From: Promethearchaeota archaeon
GTDB taxonomy: Archaea; Asgardarchaeota; Lokiarchaeia; Sigyniarchaeales; SOKP01
Length of the DNA: 64,000 nt
NCBI GenBank assembly: GCA_048937405.1
Contig: JBHLNF010000001.1
Coordinates: 320,001 to 384,000, forward strand
Direction of reading: 5' to 3'
Within the stretch, counting starts at the first letter, position 1, and each line of letters starts with the position of its first letter. Below the pieces are notes generated by a model. It was not told the origin of the DNA. It worked only from the letters and a program-made list of their open reading frames with translations, and searched no databases. Of this stretch, positions 31,496 to 42,026 are shown piece by piece. The translations under genes were made by a program, and so were the position numbers.

Positions 31496-33610
31496 TTAAA
31501 GACTCAATAATTCTTTTTCGAGGTCTTGTTTATTTTTTTTTAGTAATAATCTATTTTTTCGTTTTGAATTTTGAACTTGTACGAATTCTATTATATCTTT
31601 GAGAATTGTAGGTTTGAAACTTAGGCTTACATCCTTAGAATATATTACACACTTGACATTTTCAACATCGATATTAAGCATTTTAGACAGAATATAAGCA
31701 TATCCCACAACTTGAGGTAATCCACGAATTAAATCTCCATATCTTGGTTTATATTCTATAACAATTAACTCTGACGTAATATTATCAAATCCAAGTAGAT
31801 CAATATGCCCTATTCTTCCTTTTTGCTCATCGTATATCGGTATTTCCATCCCAATTATTTGTTCCAATTTTATACTTTGTCTTTGAATCAGTTCATGTCT
31901 AGGATTCACATATTCGGTGCTTTTTGCAATTCTATTAGCTATTTCTTTTAATTTTAATGATAGTTTTCCTTTTTGATCTTTAAGTATCTTATTTTTTGAT
32001 ATTAATGGAAATATCAATTGTTCTTCTATTATTGCTGTCTTTAATTTTTCCTCAGCTAATCCCTTAATCTTTAGCTCCGAACCTCTAAATTTAGGATGCT
32101 TAAACAACTCGACAGGATATTTATCATTAATAAAGTTTTCAAAGCTGTTTTGTAGTTTTTGTCTAATATTAGTATTTTCAAAGTTCTTTAGATGGTCTTT
32201 ATTAAATTTAAATTCATAAATAAGTGATCCTGTCTTAATTAATTTTGATGTTTCTTTTTCTTTATCTATTGTCTCATCTATAATTTCAATTGCATTGATA
32301 TACTGTTGTCTATCTATTATCTTATTTTTTAAAGCGTTGTTAATATTTCTCTTTACTTTTAGCCATTTATAAAGGTAATAATCCTTCTTCTCTAATTCGC
32401 TAATAAATTCTCCTGCCCCTAATGAATACTTATAAAATTTCATTATTTTATTTAAGAAATCATCGATACTCAATTCAAGTATTTTGAAAAGAGAATATAC
32501 AGTTTTTATTTGTGCTCTATTCGTCTTATTATATAATATTTCTAATGTTTTTTCAAAAGTTTCTCTTGAATATTTGAAATCTGCAAAAATTACATTCAAA
32601 TTCTCTTGAACAGTTTTCCTTATTAAGCTTATTAACAAATATGTAACCTTTTTAGAAAGATTTACAGCTTTACATACTTTTTTATAGCTATATTGTAAAT
32701 CGGAATTCCTTCTTCGTATTCTTTTTTTTAGCATTAAATAAACTATACTTATTGCTAGATATTGAGGGTAAAAATTATCATAAAAACCATTTTTAAATAA
32801 CTTAGCTATATTAATTCCATATTGTTCCAGAATTGAGATAAGTTTAAGTCTTTTTTCATATCTAGTTGTTGCTCGGTTTGTAAAACATTTAATTTTATTT
32901 CGAGTTAATAAGGTTAATGTTTTTTTAATCTCGTCTTGAAATTTTTGTTCATTAATATTTAATTCAAATTTATCGATTAAAATATCTGTGTAAATTTTTG
33001 AATATTTTACTGTTTTTTCAATGTATTCTTTTGCATCAATTTTAATAAATTCTTTTTGAAAATTATTTAAAACTGAATTAAATACAACATAATTACCATC
33101 TATTTTAAGAAATTTTGCAAATGTTGTCTGCTTTACCATTATATCATAGTGAAGTCTTATTATGGAATATATTATAGATCTTGCTAAATTAATAAGATCT
33201 TTATCTTTCCATTCAATTGATGTATGTATAGTTTCCTTATCATTTTCATATTTTTTCTGAATCTTTTTGATGTACTCCAAATATAGTTTTTTGAATTCTG
33301 GTTCATTTACACATTCGAAGATATCATTTTTAGGTAAAATTTCTAACTGAAATTCAATTTCTTCTTGGATTCTTTGCAAAAATTGAGTATCAAGTATTTT
33401 TATAATTGTTGGACTTTTTCTAATAGTAAAAGAGTTTTTACATTGTTTGCATTTTAAGAGTCTATATCCAATTTTTGTTAAGTTTAATGGTTTTAACGGT
33501 TTGTATATTTGTGCAGTATTACAACATGGCGTTATCACTTCTATTTTCCTTATAATATCTTCTTTTTGCGATGCTGCAGATGGTAAATACTTATCTAATG
33601 TAGTATTCAT
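31496..33610 (-). CDS. Large protein with N-terminal zinc ribbon and C-terminal PD-(D/E)XK nuclease
   Basis: PCC..CKQC; EIPI..GHIDLL..VIEYK..QVVGYA. Confidence 0.75.
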   Translation of the reverse strand: MNTTLDKYLPSAASQKEDIIRKIEVITPCCNTAQIYKPLKPLNLTKIGYRLLKCKQCKNSFTIRKSPTIIKILDTQFLQRIQEEIEFQLEILPKNDIFECVNEPEFKKLYLEYIKKIQKKYENDKETIHTSIEWKDKDLINLARSIIYSIIRLHYDIMVKQTTFAKFLKIDGNYVVFNSVLNNFQKEFIKIDAKEYIEKTVKYSKIYTDILIDKFELNINEQKFQDEIKKTLTLLTRNKIKCFTNRATTRYEKRLKLISILEQYGINIAKLFKNGFYDNFYPQYLAISIVYLMLKKRIRRRNSDLQYSYKKVCKAVNLSKKVTYLLISLIRKTVQENLNVIFADFKYSRETFEKTLEILYNKTNRAQIKTVYSLFKILELSIDDFLNKIMKFYKYSLGAGEFISELEKKDYYLYKWLKVKRNINNALKNKIIDRQQYINAIEIIDETIDKEKETSKLIKTGSLIYEFKFNKDHLKNFENTNIRQKLQNSFENFINDKYPVELFKHPKFRGSELKIKGLAEEKLKTAIIEEQLIFPLISKNKILKDQKGKLSLKLKEIANRIAKSTEYVNPRHELIQRQSIKLEQIIGMEIPIYDEQKGRIGHIDLLGFDNITSELIVIEYKPRYGDLIRGLPQVVGYAYILSKMLNIDVENVKCVIYSKDVSLSFKPTILKDIIEFVQVQNSKRKNRLLLKKNKQDLEKELLSL

Positions 33611-33968
33611 AGGTTAAGTCTCCCCTTATAGATATTATATTTCTCATTAGGAAATTTATAATTATTTGATTAGAACTTATCCATTGTTTTAATTTCTTGT
33701 TAAAAAAGGAATCGTTTAATTCCATCCTATTTTTATCCATAGAACAAATTTTCACTTTTTCATATCACCCTTGACTTGTCTTTAATGATTCTCATTAAAT
33801 TTAAATAAAAAAAGTAAGTTAGTTTTTTAAATTTCAAATAGCTTGAATTTAGAAGTTCACGTCATAACCATTTTTTCAATAAACATACCTGTAGCAATTC
33901 TTTAAATTGCCTTCACTTGAACTTTCTCAAATATGCTGTAATCTATCTTCTAAATTCATATTCTTCAC

Positions 33969-34331
33969 TTAATTAATCATGGCTGTTTCGGTAAGTATTT
34001 CATTCTTTTTTAGTACCCATGTCTCGATTTCTAATGATTGGTTTTGTTCTTTTGTAGGTTTCCATGATTTAACGGTACTTTTTGGTATCCATGCTTCTTT
34101 CTCATCAAATTTAATGAATAAAGCTTTTTCAGTTTCTTTTGTTATCATTCCTGTTATTTTTATGGTCGGTTTTGGTTTACCATTATGAATGTATGTATTT
34201 GTTTTTCGGCTTGATGTTTTTTTTGGCTGTTTTTTAGGATTATCGTTTTCGAAGCATGTATCAATTACATATTCTTTAATTGCTTCCCTTACCAGTTTTT
34301 TTATTATTTTAATATCATCCTGAGTAAGCAT
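33969..34331 (-). CDS. Small OB/SH3-like hypothetical protein of mobile-element type
   Basis: ETEKALFI....AWIPKS..I..W motif; GAGGTGA RBS. Confidence 0.65.
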   Translation of the reverse strand: MLTQDDIKIIKKLVREAIKEYVIDTCFENDNPKKQPKKTSSRKTNTYIHNGKPKPTIKITGMITKETEKALFIKFDEKEAWIPKSTVKSWKPTKEQNQSLEIETWVLKKNEILTETAMIN

Positions 34332-34586
34332 TTTTCAAAATTCACCTCTTATGAATAAGAATTTTTATCCCTATGGTTTGTGGTTAGATTTTGTGTGTTT
34401 TTGGGTAAAGTTGTCCCCTAAAAATTCATATAGGAGATCTCACACAAACAGAAATCACCGTTATCTCCTATTATTTCTGCTCTAGCGACAGCACATATCT
34501 TAAATTGAAATTTACAACACATACCCTATTTTTAATTTGACCACGTTTTTTTGTTAGATTTGCTTACAATTAAAATGATAAAAAAA

Positions 34587-34862
34587 TTAATTTGAAGAAT
34601 TATAATAGAGAGCTAAATTTAAGTTAAGAACTCGTATGTAGGATCTCATCCCTAACACAAATTTTTCTATATAATCCTTTTCTAAAATTGCCAAGTCTTT
34701 TTTACACCATTTTTGCTCGAATTCTAAAAGGAATTTTTCTAATTCTTCAAGGAACTGACAATGAGTACAGTTTTTCTTTTTATGAAGGAAAAAATTCACA
34801 GTATTAAAATTTAGATGGTCTATAAGGTATTCTTTCTTTTCTCTATACTTTGCATTTGACAT
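34587..34862 (-). CDS. Hypothetical H..CxxC protein (paralog of 35358-35672)
   Basis: FN..H..CTHCQFLEEL..KW..KDYIE..MRSYIRVLN. Confidence 0.7.
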   Translation of the reverse strand: MSNAKYREKKEYLIDHLNFNTVNFFLHKKKNCTHCQFLEELEKFLLEFEQKWCKKDLAILEKDYIEKFVLGMRSYIRVLNLNLALYYNSSN

Positions 34863-34936
34863 TTTTTTCTCATCTTCTTATAAGTCTAAAAAAAAAGGGG
34901 ATTTGGGGTGATTTAGAATTTTAAACCTATTCCAAA

Positions 34937-35155
34937 CTATGTACTATTCTTGCAGAACAATCCAATTTTATATGGACTTGGTTCTAAATCCCAATCTTCT
35001 AGCGGTATAATTGACATTGATTTATGGTCAATATATCCACATGAAACGCATTCCCATACTTCAATTATATTTTTGTATAATCGAAGTGTGTAACGCTTTA
35101 ATTGTCCGTCTTCTTCTGTACACGAACTTTTCGTACAAGGCTTTGTAACACCCAT
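34937..35155 (-). CDS. Small zinc-ribbon protein (paralog of 31033-31215)
   Basis: KPCTKSSC...WECVSCG; AAGGTG RBS. Confidence 0.7.
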   Translation of the reverse strand: MGVTKPCTKSSCTEEDGQLKRYTLRLYKNIIEVWECVSCGYIDHKSMSIIPLEDWDLEPSPYKIGLFCKNST

Positions 35156-35357
35156 ACTTTACACCTTTCTTCTGTTTATTGTGGTTAGATATGTGTTGTC
35201 GCTAAGTCAGAAATATTTACTAGCTTATCTCTTGTCTTTCTCTGCCCTTGCAACAACACATACCATCATATAGGTTGATGTAAGAGATTACAACACATAC
35301 CATATTTTTATTCTGAAGAGGTTCTTTATTTTTTAGTAGATTACTGGAAAGAAGAAG

Positions 35358-35672
35358 TTAAAAAAGAGATTTGGCTGACTTCGATTTCCTAAAAGAATAC
35401 TTAATGTTGAGAATTCTTATAAAAGCTCTCATACATTGTGCTACATATTCAACATAATCTTTTAACTTAATATCTAAGCCATATTCCATTTCTTCTTCGG
35501 TATATTCCTTCTCAAGCCACTTTCGTGCTTCCTTTATGATGGAAACATCAAGGTCTTGTAAGAAATTACAATAGACACAACTTTCGTCTGGTCTGTGATC
35601 ACCTTTTAAATGATGAACCGCAGTAAACGGGTTGAAGTCTATTAGATTTTCAACTTCTTGTAAAGCTTCCAT
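35358..35672 (-). CDS. Hypothetical H..CxxC protein (paralog of 34587-34862)
   Basis: FN..H..CVYCNFLQDL..KW..KDYVE..MRAFIRILN; GAGGTGA RBS. Confidence 0.7.
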   Translation of the reverse strand: MEALQEVENLIDFNPFTAVHHLKGDHRPDESCVYCNFLQDLDVSIIKEARKWLEKEYTEEEMEYGLDIKLKDYVEYVAQCMRAFIRILNIKYSFRKSKSAKSLF

Positions 35673-35780
35673 ACCATCACCTCTATGCTATGTGTTGTTG
35701 GAAGAGCAGAAAATTTTCATCGTATCTTGCGGTGGTCGGTTCAAGCCGACTTTTATTATTCTTTTTTTATTCCTCTTTAC

Positions 35781-36782
35781 TCATTCATGTAGGATTTTCA
35801 TTTCAGATGGAGTATAATTATTATTAACCATTCTTTTCAATACCTCCACATCTTTTAGCTTATATTTTCTCTGCGTGGTTTTAATTGTCCATATTTTCTT
35901 ACTGTGTAAATCTGCATTCTCTATTTTGCAGATATATCTAGGTCTTTTACATATCGGACAATTATCAGTTATCTGAGTTTTGTAGGTCTTTACAATTCTG
36001 AATTTACTCTGATGGAGATATCCAAACAAATTATAACTGTTTTTTACTCCTGAGCTATCTTTCCATAAGGCAATTTTGCTAAGGATATAAAAAATCGTAT
36101 AATACACATTATTTCGTCGTGGCAAATGATTTCTATAAGTTGTGTTAGGGTATTTTTCCCGAAATTCAGAATTATTCATAAGATACCCAAATCCTATAAC
36201 GTGGATATGAACGTTAAGCATTTTTTCAATAGTTCTATCTTTTTCCGTACATTTACAGAAGTATACCTTTTCATTACATTGTTTACAAACACTACTCCAT
36301 AGATGTAAAAATATAATTCCTCCTAGCACTCCCATATCTTTTAGCATTGGATATACGATTTTCTTCTTAAATTTAAGATATTTTTGATAGGTCTCAAAAG
36401 TGTCTCGTCTAATGTGAAATATAATGGAAAAATGCATGATTTTCCCAATACCAATACCGTTTGCATAGCAAATCCTTCGAAATTCCTTTAGTCTATCATT
36501 TAATTTTCTAGCTTTAACTGAACATGCGGTTATAAAACACTTTTCACAGTCCAACTTGTTACAATGTTGATAGATTGATTTTTTCGAGGTAATATCCTGT
36601 TCGCATTGTAATTCATACCGTTTCTTATTGCAATTGTTCCTGTATGTTCCCTGTGATCCCGCAGGTATCCAGTTGTAGCATTTCTCAAACTTTAAATTAG
36701 CAATCTGTTCAACCTTAATGGCGGTTTTTCTGCTAATTTTATTTAATGAAGTATTATAGGTAATCTGTTTTATCTTCGACAT
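35781..36782 (-). CDS. HUH endonuclease (rolling-circle Rep-like) with zinc-binding motifs
   Basis: Motif I-like HFSII, HUH motif NVHIHVIGFG, motif III-like YILSK; CxxxxCxxC upstream and CPIC downstream. Confidence 0.72.
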   Translation of the reverse strand: MSKIKQITYNTSLNKISRKTAIKVEQIANLKFEKCYNWIPAGSQGTYRNNCNKKRYELQCEQDITSKKSIYQHCNKLDCEKCFITACSVKARKLNDRLKEFRRICYANGIGIGKIMHFSIIFHIRRDTFETYQKYLKFKKKIVYPMLKDMGVLGGIIFLHLWSSVCKQCNEKVYFCKCTEKDRTIEKMLNVHIHVIGFGYLMNNSEFREKYPNTTYRNHLPRRNNVYYTIFYILSKIALWKDSSGVKNSYNLFGYLHQSKFRIVKTYKTQITDNCPICKRPRYICKIENADLHSKKIWTIKTTQRKYKLKDVEVLKRMVNNNYTPSEMKILHE

Positions 36783-36864
36783 ACGGTTTTAAACTTTTTT
36801 AATTTTAAATATAATATAAATCATGAATATTTAAAGCCCTATATTTTTCATTCTGGCTATTCTC

Positions 36865-37002
36865 TGTAATACAATTAAGCTAATCGTAGTACAATTTAGG
36901 TATTCGTAATACAATTCAATATATTTTGTAATACAATTTGATTTATTTTGTAATACAAAATTTCCTTTTGTACTACAAATCAGCTTTCCTATGTAATACA
37001 AT
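36865..37002. promoter_or_regulatory. Array of seven GTA-N-TACAA sites with 20-23 bp period (iteron/operator-like)
   Basis: Cores at 36866, 36886, 36906, 36928, 36950, 36970, 36993, directly upstream of the HUH gene. Confidence 0.85.
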
Positions 37003-37082
37003 TGAAAAAAAAGTGAACTTTGCTCGAAGTTAGAAATAGTTACCATCTTTAGATTAGTTTTTATAGCTCTTTATACAATTTT

Positions 37083-37916
37083 ATGCAAAGTAAATCATTA
37101 AAATATACAAAAATGAAAGAAAAAAATATAACATATATTATAATTCCTGCGATGGTTTTCGGGTTTATTTTTATTTCTTCCCTATTTTACTTTAATTGGG
37201 GGTATTTCTTAGATACTTATTTGACAACTGATGGATCTCTACTTATTATACTTGTAATTCTTGTGAGAACATTTATAGTTGGGGCAATTGGTATTCTATT
37301 ATATGCAAAATGGATTAACCAAGAATCACAGTATTTTTCAGACATTCGTTTTTTGTTTTCTTTGTTTTTTCTTGGTTTGGTGTTTGGAAAATTAGCCGAA
37401 TTGTTTTATTACTTCATGTACTACCATTTTTCAGAGTCGTTATTTATTATTTCACTTCAAGCTCGTTTTCTTTGGATGATACTTAACTTAAGCCCTCTTT
37501 TCTTTGTCACATTCGAAATATTATTGTACTATCTTTCTGAAAATTTTCAAACTTTTACATTTCTAAAAAAAGAGAACTCCATAATAATTAAAAGAGTCCT
37601 TATCCTAATAATTATGGTAATCGAAGCAATATTAATTTTCATATCCTCTAATGTTTTTGCCATTTCCCTGCTCTATCCGATTGTTACCATTTCCTCATTG
37701 TTGTTAGTTTCATGGCTTTTTTATCTTGCCCATAGATATAAACGATTAAATGACGCAAAACCATATATTTTATTTATCGGTTTTTCCATTTATGCCCTAA
37801 ATTCAATAGTTCGCTTTGTTTTCTTGCTTATTTTTGGTACAACTCCCCTTTATGTTATAATAACGGAAAGTTTGGATCTCATCGTGTCATTTCTTATTTT
37901 ATATGGTATTATGTAG
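37083..37916 (+). CDS. Polytopic membrane protein (7-8 TM)
   Basis: Alternating hydrophobic segments. Confidence 0.75.
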   Translation: MQSKSLKYTKMKEKNITYIIIPAMVFGFIFISSLFYFNWGYFLDTYLTTDGSLLIILVILVRTFIVGAIGILLYAKWINQESQYFSDIRFLFSLFFLGLVFGKLAELFYYFMYYHFSESLFIISLQARFLWMILNLSPLFFVTFEILLYYLSENFQTFTFLKKENSIIIKRVLILIIMVIEAILIFISSNVFAISLLYPIVTISSLLLVSWLFYLAHRYKRLNDAKPYILFIGFSIYALNSIVRFVFLLIFGTTPLYVIITESLDLIVSFLILYGIM

Positions 37917-38566
37917 AGCAGAACACATCATCTTTTCTATTTTTTTTTTCAAATTCTAAGAGTTTAGTAAGAACTTGATGATACAATAATTTTTGAATAA
38001 TAGTTATTCCATCACTCTATCTATTTTACTCAACCACATTTATTATTTCTGAGGATAAAAATATCACAATTGAGTACTTTATTTTACTTCATATTCTAAG
38101 CATGATTTATTTTTTTATAGAAGATACCTTATAAGAATTTTTTCAAAATAGTTTTTCATTTTTAATTTTTTTGAACTAATTTTGACAATATAATCCTTTT
38201 TTAGAAAATTAGAAAATTATTAGAGACATAACATTTAAAAAGTAGACTATATATAATTCATTTTCAGAATTGATCCTCTTTTTAAATACGATTATTAATC
38301 AGGTAATATATTTGAAAACCTTAATAATGAAGTATACTAAGTGAGAAGAATAGTAAATAGAATTTAGAAAAATGTAAGACCTTTTCTGTCGGATAATGGT
38401 CATTATAAAATATGATTAAAATATCCTTTAAACTTATCATTGTATTAGCAAGACTAAACTATAATCTAAAAAAGGATCTGTACTCATACAAAGACTCCAA
38501 TATGTTTAAATAGTAATATGATAGTATTATAGGTAACAGAATTTTAATAAAAAAGAGGATAAAAAA

Positions 38567-39406
38567 ATGAAAGTAGACTACTTATCAACTGGATTAAAAA
38601 TAAAAGAAGCCCAAGACTTAATTGAAAAATTATACAATCTAGGTAGAACAGCTAAAAAAGATACTTTTGCAGAAGATATTGAAATGTCAATTAAAGGTAG
38701 TGCTTTTAGGATTAAAATTGCCTCAATGAAAAAGATGGGATTTTTTATTCAAGAAGACGATAACATAATCTTAACACAACTAGGAAACAATATTTATAAT
38801 GCATATGATGAGACTGAAAAAAAACAGTTATTATTTCAAGGATATATGAATGTAGAACTTCATGAGAAGCTAATTGAAAGATTTAAAGATACAGGTTTAA
38901 ATGTAGAAAAACTTGATAAATTATTGATTCGAGAATATGATGTCCACAATAATTATGCTAGCAGAGTAGCTAAGAGTATTATAAAATCTTTTTCTTATCT
39001 TGGAGTACTAGATCCTGAAACAGGAGAAATAAATGTATCGTTATTAAAAGCTGATGCATCTTCAGAAATAAAAAATGAAAAAGTTGCAAAAAAACAAATA
39101 GAACTAAACATGATTGACAATAAAACAATGTATGATTTGAAAAAAGTAGAAATGTTAGAAAAACCAATACAACAAATAAATACATTTAATTCAGAAGCAT
39201 TTGAGACAATTTTATCAATAGCTAGCTATTTAGATGCAATTCCAATTGAAGACTTATCAGAATTATTGTTAAAAAATGAAAAACTAACACATACAAAGCT
39301 AGTATTTGAGATATTTAAAAATAAGTTTATAGATGATACAATTTCCGAAGAAGAAATAAAACATTTGTTAAAAGCTCTAAAACAAGACTTAAATATCATA
39401 AATTAG
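38567..39406 (+). CDS. Hypothetical protein with probable N-terminal winged-helix domains
   Basis: MKKMGF....IILTQLG wing pattern; GAGG RBS. Confidence 0.6.
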   Translation: MKVDYLSTGLKIKEAQDLIEKLYNLGRTAKKDTFAEDIEMSIKGSAFRIKIASMKKMGFFIQEDDNIILTQLGNNIYNAYDETEKKQLLFQGYMNVELHEKLIERFKDTGLNVEKLDKLLIREYDVHNNYASRVAKSIIKSFSYLGVLDPETGEINVSLLKADASSEIKNEKVAKKQIELNMIDNKTMYDLKKVEMLEKPIQQINTFNSEAFETILSIASYLDAIPIEDLSELLLKNEKLTHTKLVFEIFKNKFIDDTISEEEIKHLLKALKQDLNIIN

Positions 39407-39971
39407 AAAAATTTAAGTGATAAAAATGAAAAAATATATAATACATACAGAAAACATAGAAAACTCGAAAATATTAGAAAAACTAATTGATACTATATTA
39501 GAAATATTAAAAGCTATCTCTTCAAATACATTGATTATAGAAAAGCTCGAACACAAAAAAAGAATTACTCTTAATAAAAAAGGACACATTGACTACTGGC
39601 TTAACAATTAGTAAATTAAAGAGGTGGCAGACTAGACAATGCCCACGCAGTTTATTGAAAGTCTAGACTGTCAATTAACCTCAACTTAACTAGAGTTTTT
39701 TTCTTATTTATATTTTTCTCCTATTTAAATAGATTTTATAATTTCAAATTCTTAATTTCTATTAAATATTAATTCCTTCAGATTTTATTCAAATAATAAA
39801 TTAGAAACAAAAAAGGTGTAAGATTTTGATTATAACTAATATTTCACGTAATATTAGATGTGATTAGCCTTAACCAACTTTATCTCTTTATATTTTGATT
39901 TAAAGTAATCCAAAGAGAGAAAAAAGAAAATTTTAAAAAAAATCAAAAAAATTAAAGAATGAAGTGATAAT

Positions 39972-40745
39972 ATGAGTATAGAATATAAATTAGCAGGTAT
40001 TAATCACTATTATTCAGCAAATATCAGTTTTATTGTAGAAACTGTAGCATCCACTATGCAATTTTGGGGATATATTACTACTTTTATGGAAGACGGGTCA
40101 ATTAAAGCTATAAAAGACAAATCTAGACCCTTTTATTTCTACCCTCATGAATCAAAGCAAAAACCATTGATAACAAATAAATTAGAAAAAGCAGAATATC
40201 AAATAAATCGAAAACCAGAAACTATTAAGAATCATATACTAAAGATGGGATTAATTTATTTATTTTCCCTATTTGAAGCATTTAATAAAGATTATTTTCA
40301 AGAATTATTTACATACAAACCAGATCTGATGAAAAGTAAAAAAAGGAAAATTGATTATGAAAATATACTCCAATTTGGAACTATTGAAGATTTACATAAA
40401 TCTTTAGCCGAAAATATTGTTGACAAATTTGGTTATCGAGATATTGATAAATTTGCTAAATTTATCCTAAAGAATTTTAAAATAGATTTAGATAATAATT
40501 TAGAATGCTGGTTAAATTTACGAGAAAGCTATTATAGAAGAAATTGCATTGTTCACAATGATGGGAAAATATCGGAGTTATACTTAAAGAAACTTTCATT
40601 AGGAAATAACGAGTTAAATCAAGAACTTGACTGTGATATCGAATATCTCTGGAATCTTCATCACGATATTCATTCATATATAGATTTTATTGATGAGTCA
40701 ATAAGACAAAAATTTAATTTGAAGAGTTTTATTGACTCGGTGTAA
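39972..40745 (+). CDS. HEPN-domain protein (putative RNase)
   Basis: LFSLFEAF helix and RRNCIVHNDG (RxxxxH). Confidence 0.75.
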   Translation: MSIEYKLAGINHYYSANISFIVETVASTMQFWGYITTFMEDGSIKAIKDKSRPFYFYPHESKQKPLITNKLEKAEYQINRKPETIKNHILKMGLIYLFSLFEAFNKDYFQELFTYKPDLMKSKKRKIDYENILQFGTIEDLHKSLAENIVDKFGYRDIDKFAKFILKNFKIDLDNNLECWLNLRESYYRRNCIVHNDGKISELYLKKLSLGNNELNQELDCDIEYLWNLHHDIHSYIDFIDESIRQKFNLKSFIDSV

Positions 40746-40860
40746 AGATTCTTTTAAACTTTTTTTCTGAGTCTTCCTGTAATTAAGTTATCTGGATATG
40801 GTAGCTTACTGTTTTCAAAATCTTTGGGTTTTTATAACCCATTTTATACATATTTGTAAT

Positions 40861-41985
40861 ATGAAAAAACAGGGGAAGTACAAGATCTTTTCATATTTAG
40901 TGGAAAATTATTTAATATTTTATGCAAGTATAAATAAAAAAAAGAAATTATTGGCGTTTGCGATATTAAAGGATATTGATTTTAACATAACCTTAACAAT
41001 TTTAAATAGTTTCTTAAGAAAAAGAATAATTCAATATTATTCCATCCAATTAGACACATCTGAAAAATACGAGAAGGTTATAATTGTAAATATTGAAAAT
41101 TCTAAAAAAGAAGAAATTTTGAGGGCGTTTTATTTAATTCAACAAGAATTCATTGATTCTGATATCAAAGCTCAATTCCTTAAAAATGCTAGGTTAGAAA
41201 ACACGTTTTTAGGTGTTATCTTTAGAGAGATACATGATAAGCTATCTATCAAAAAGCAATCTGATTCTATTTTACTTTTAGATGAGGAAACATCAATACT
41301 CTATAATTTTTACAAAATTAATTTTAAGAGTATTAAAACCAAGAAATATTTTTTATTCACTTTTATAAAAGTAATTAACAATATCAGAACAAAAGGAGTC
41401 CTTATATTTCATTTTAAGATAGATAACATGGAAAACATTAAGTTTACCTCCTATTTTGTTGAAAAATGCGAAAATGAAGAACATATCAAGGATAGTGAAA
41501 AAAAAATTAATGAGTTTTTTAATTATGAATTGGTAAAAAGGCATACTATGAAAATTAAAGAATTTGGTAACTTTCTTTGGAGATTAGAAATTGCTAATAA
41601 CTATTTTGCTTTTGATGAGTTTAATGAGATGTTTGTTCCTACAATTCAGCATACATCAATGGATCTCCTCAGAATGAATAGTATTATCGAACAAAAGCTT
41701 TCTAACCATGACATTAAATATGTGCGACTGAATAAGAATTTGCTATTTATCAATCAAGCATATTTATTTTTGGTTTTAGAGCGTTTAGAATCAAAGGCAA
41801 TTGAGAAGCTCATCGAAAAGTTTAGTTCCAAATACTTCATTTATATCCTGATATTAAACCAAGTGGATTATGAAAAGCTACAAGAAATTGAATCACTTAT
41901 ATTAATCGATACAGTGAAGTTGCTTCATGAAAGGGAAATTCATCAATTTAATTATCAAAACTTCAGTAAGAAACAACTTGCATGA
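40861..41985 (+). CDS. Hypothetical protein
   Basis: Long ORF; no recognisable motif; start uncertain (40798 or 40861). Confidence 0.6.
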   Translation: MKKQGKYKIFSYLVENYLIFYASINKKKKLLAFAILKDIDFNITLTILNSFLRKRIIQYYSIQLDTSEKYEKVIIVNIENSKKEEILRAFYLIQQEFIDSDIKAQFLKNARLENTFLGVIFREIHDKLSIKKQSDSILLLDEETSILYNFYKINFKSIKTKKYFLFTFIKVINNIRTKGVLIFHFKIDNMENIKFTSYFVEKCENEEHIKDSEKKINEFFNYELVKRHTMKIKEFGNFLWRLEIANNYFAFDEFNEMFVPTIQHTSMDLLRMNSIIEQKLSNHDIKYVRLNKNLLFINQAYLFLVLERLESKAIEKLIEKFSSKYFIYILILNQVDYEKLQEIESLILIDTVKLLHEREIHQFNYQNFSKKQLA

Positions 41986-42026
41986 ATAATAACCGCTAAA
42001 TCCTATTTTTCCTTTTCTTAGATTTT

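Larger units (their letters stand above)
30766..35713. repeat. Tandem array of three segments each bounded by its own inverted repeat (30766-34455, 34473-35214, 35238-35713)
   Basis: Arm pairs match at 19/20 (extending ~60 bp), 24/28 and 25/29; arms start with a TTTCTG-like sequence and end CAGAAA. Confidence 0.8.

Noticed and set aside
30766-35713. Classical integron or shufflon call
   Set aside because: No tyrosine recombinase and no GTTRRRY attC cores; all segments are in the same orientation and their arms are segment-specific.
17406-36782. Provirus call
   Set aside because: No recognisable capsid, portal or terminase; a pleomorphic virus cannot be excluded but is not supported by what I can see.
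36865-37002. Possible CRISPR array
   Set aside because: Repeat core is only ~9-11 bp with ~11 bp spacers, and there are no cas genes; it fits protein-binding sites.
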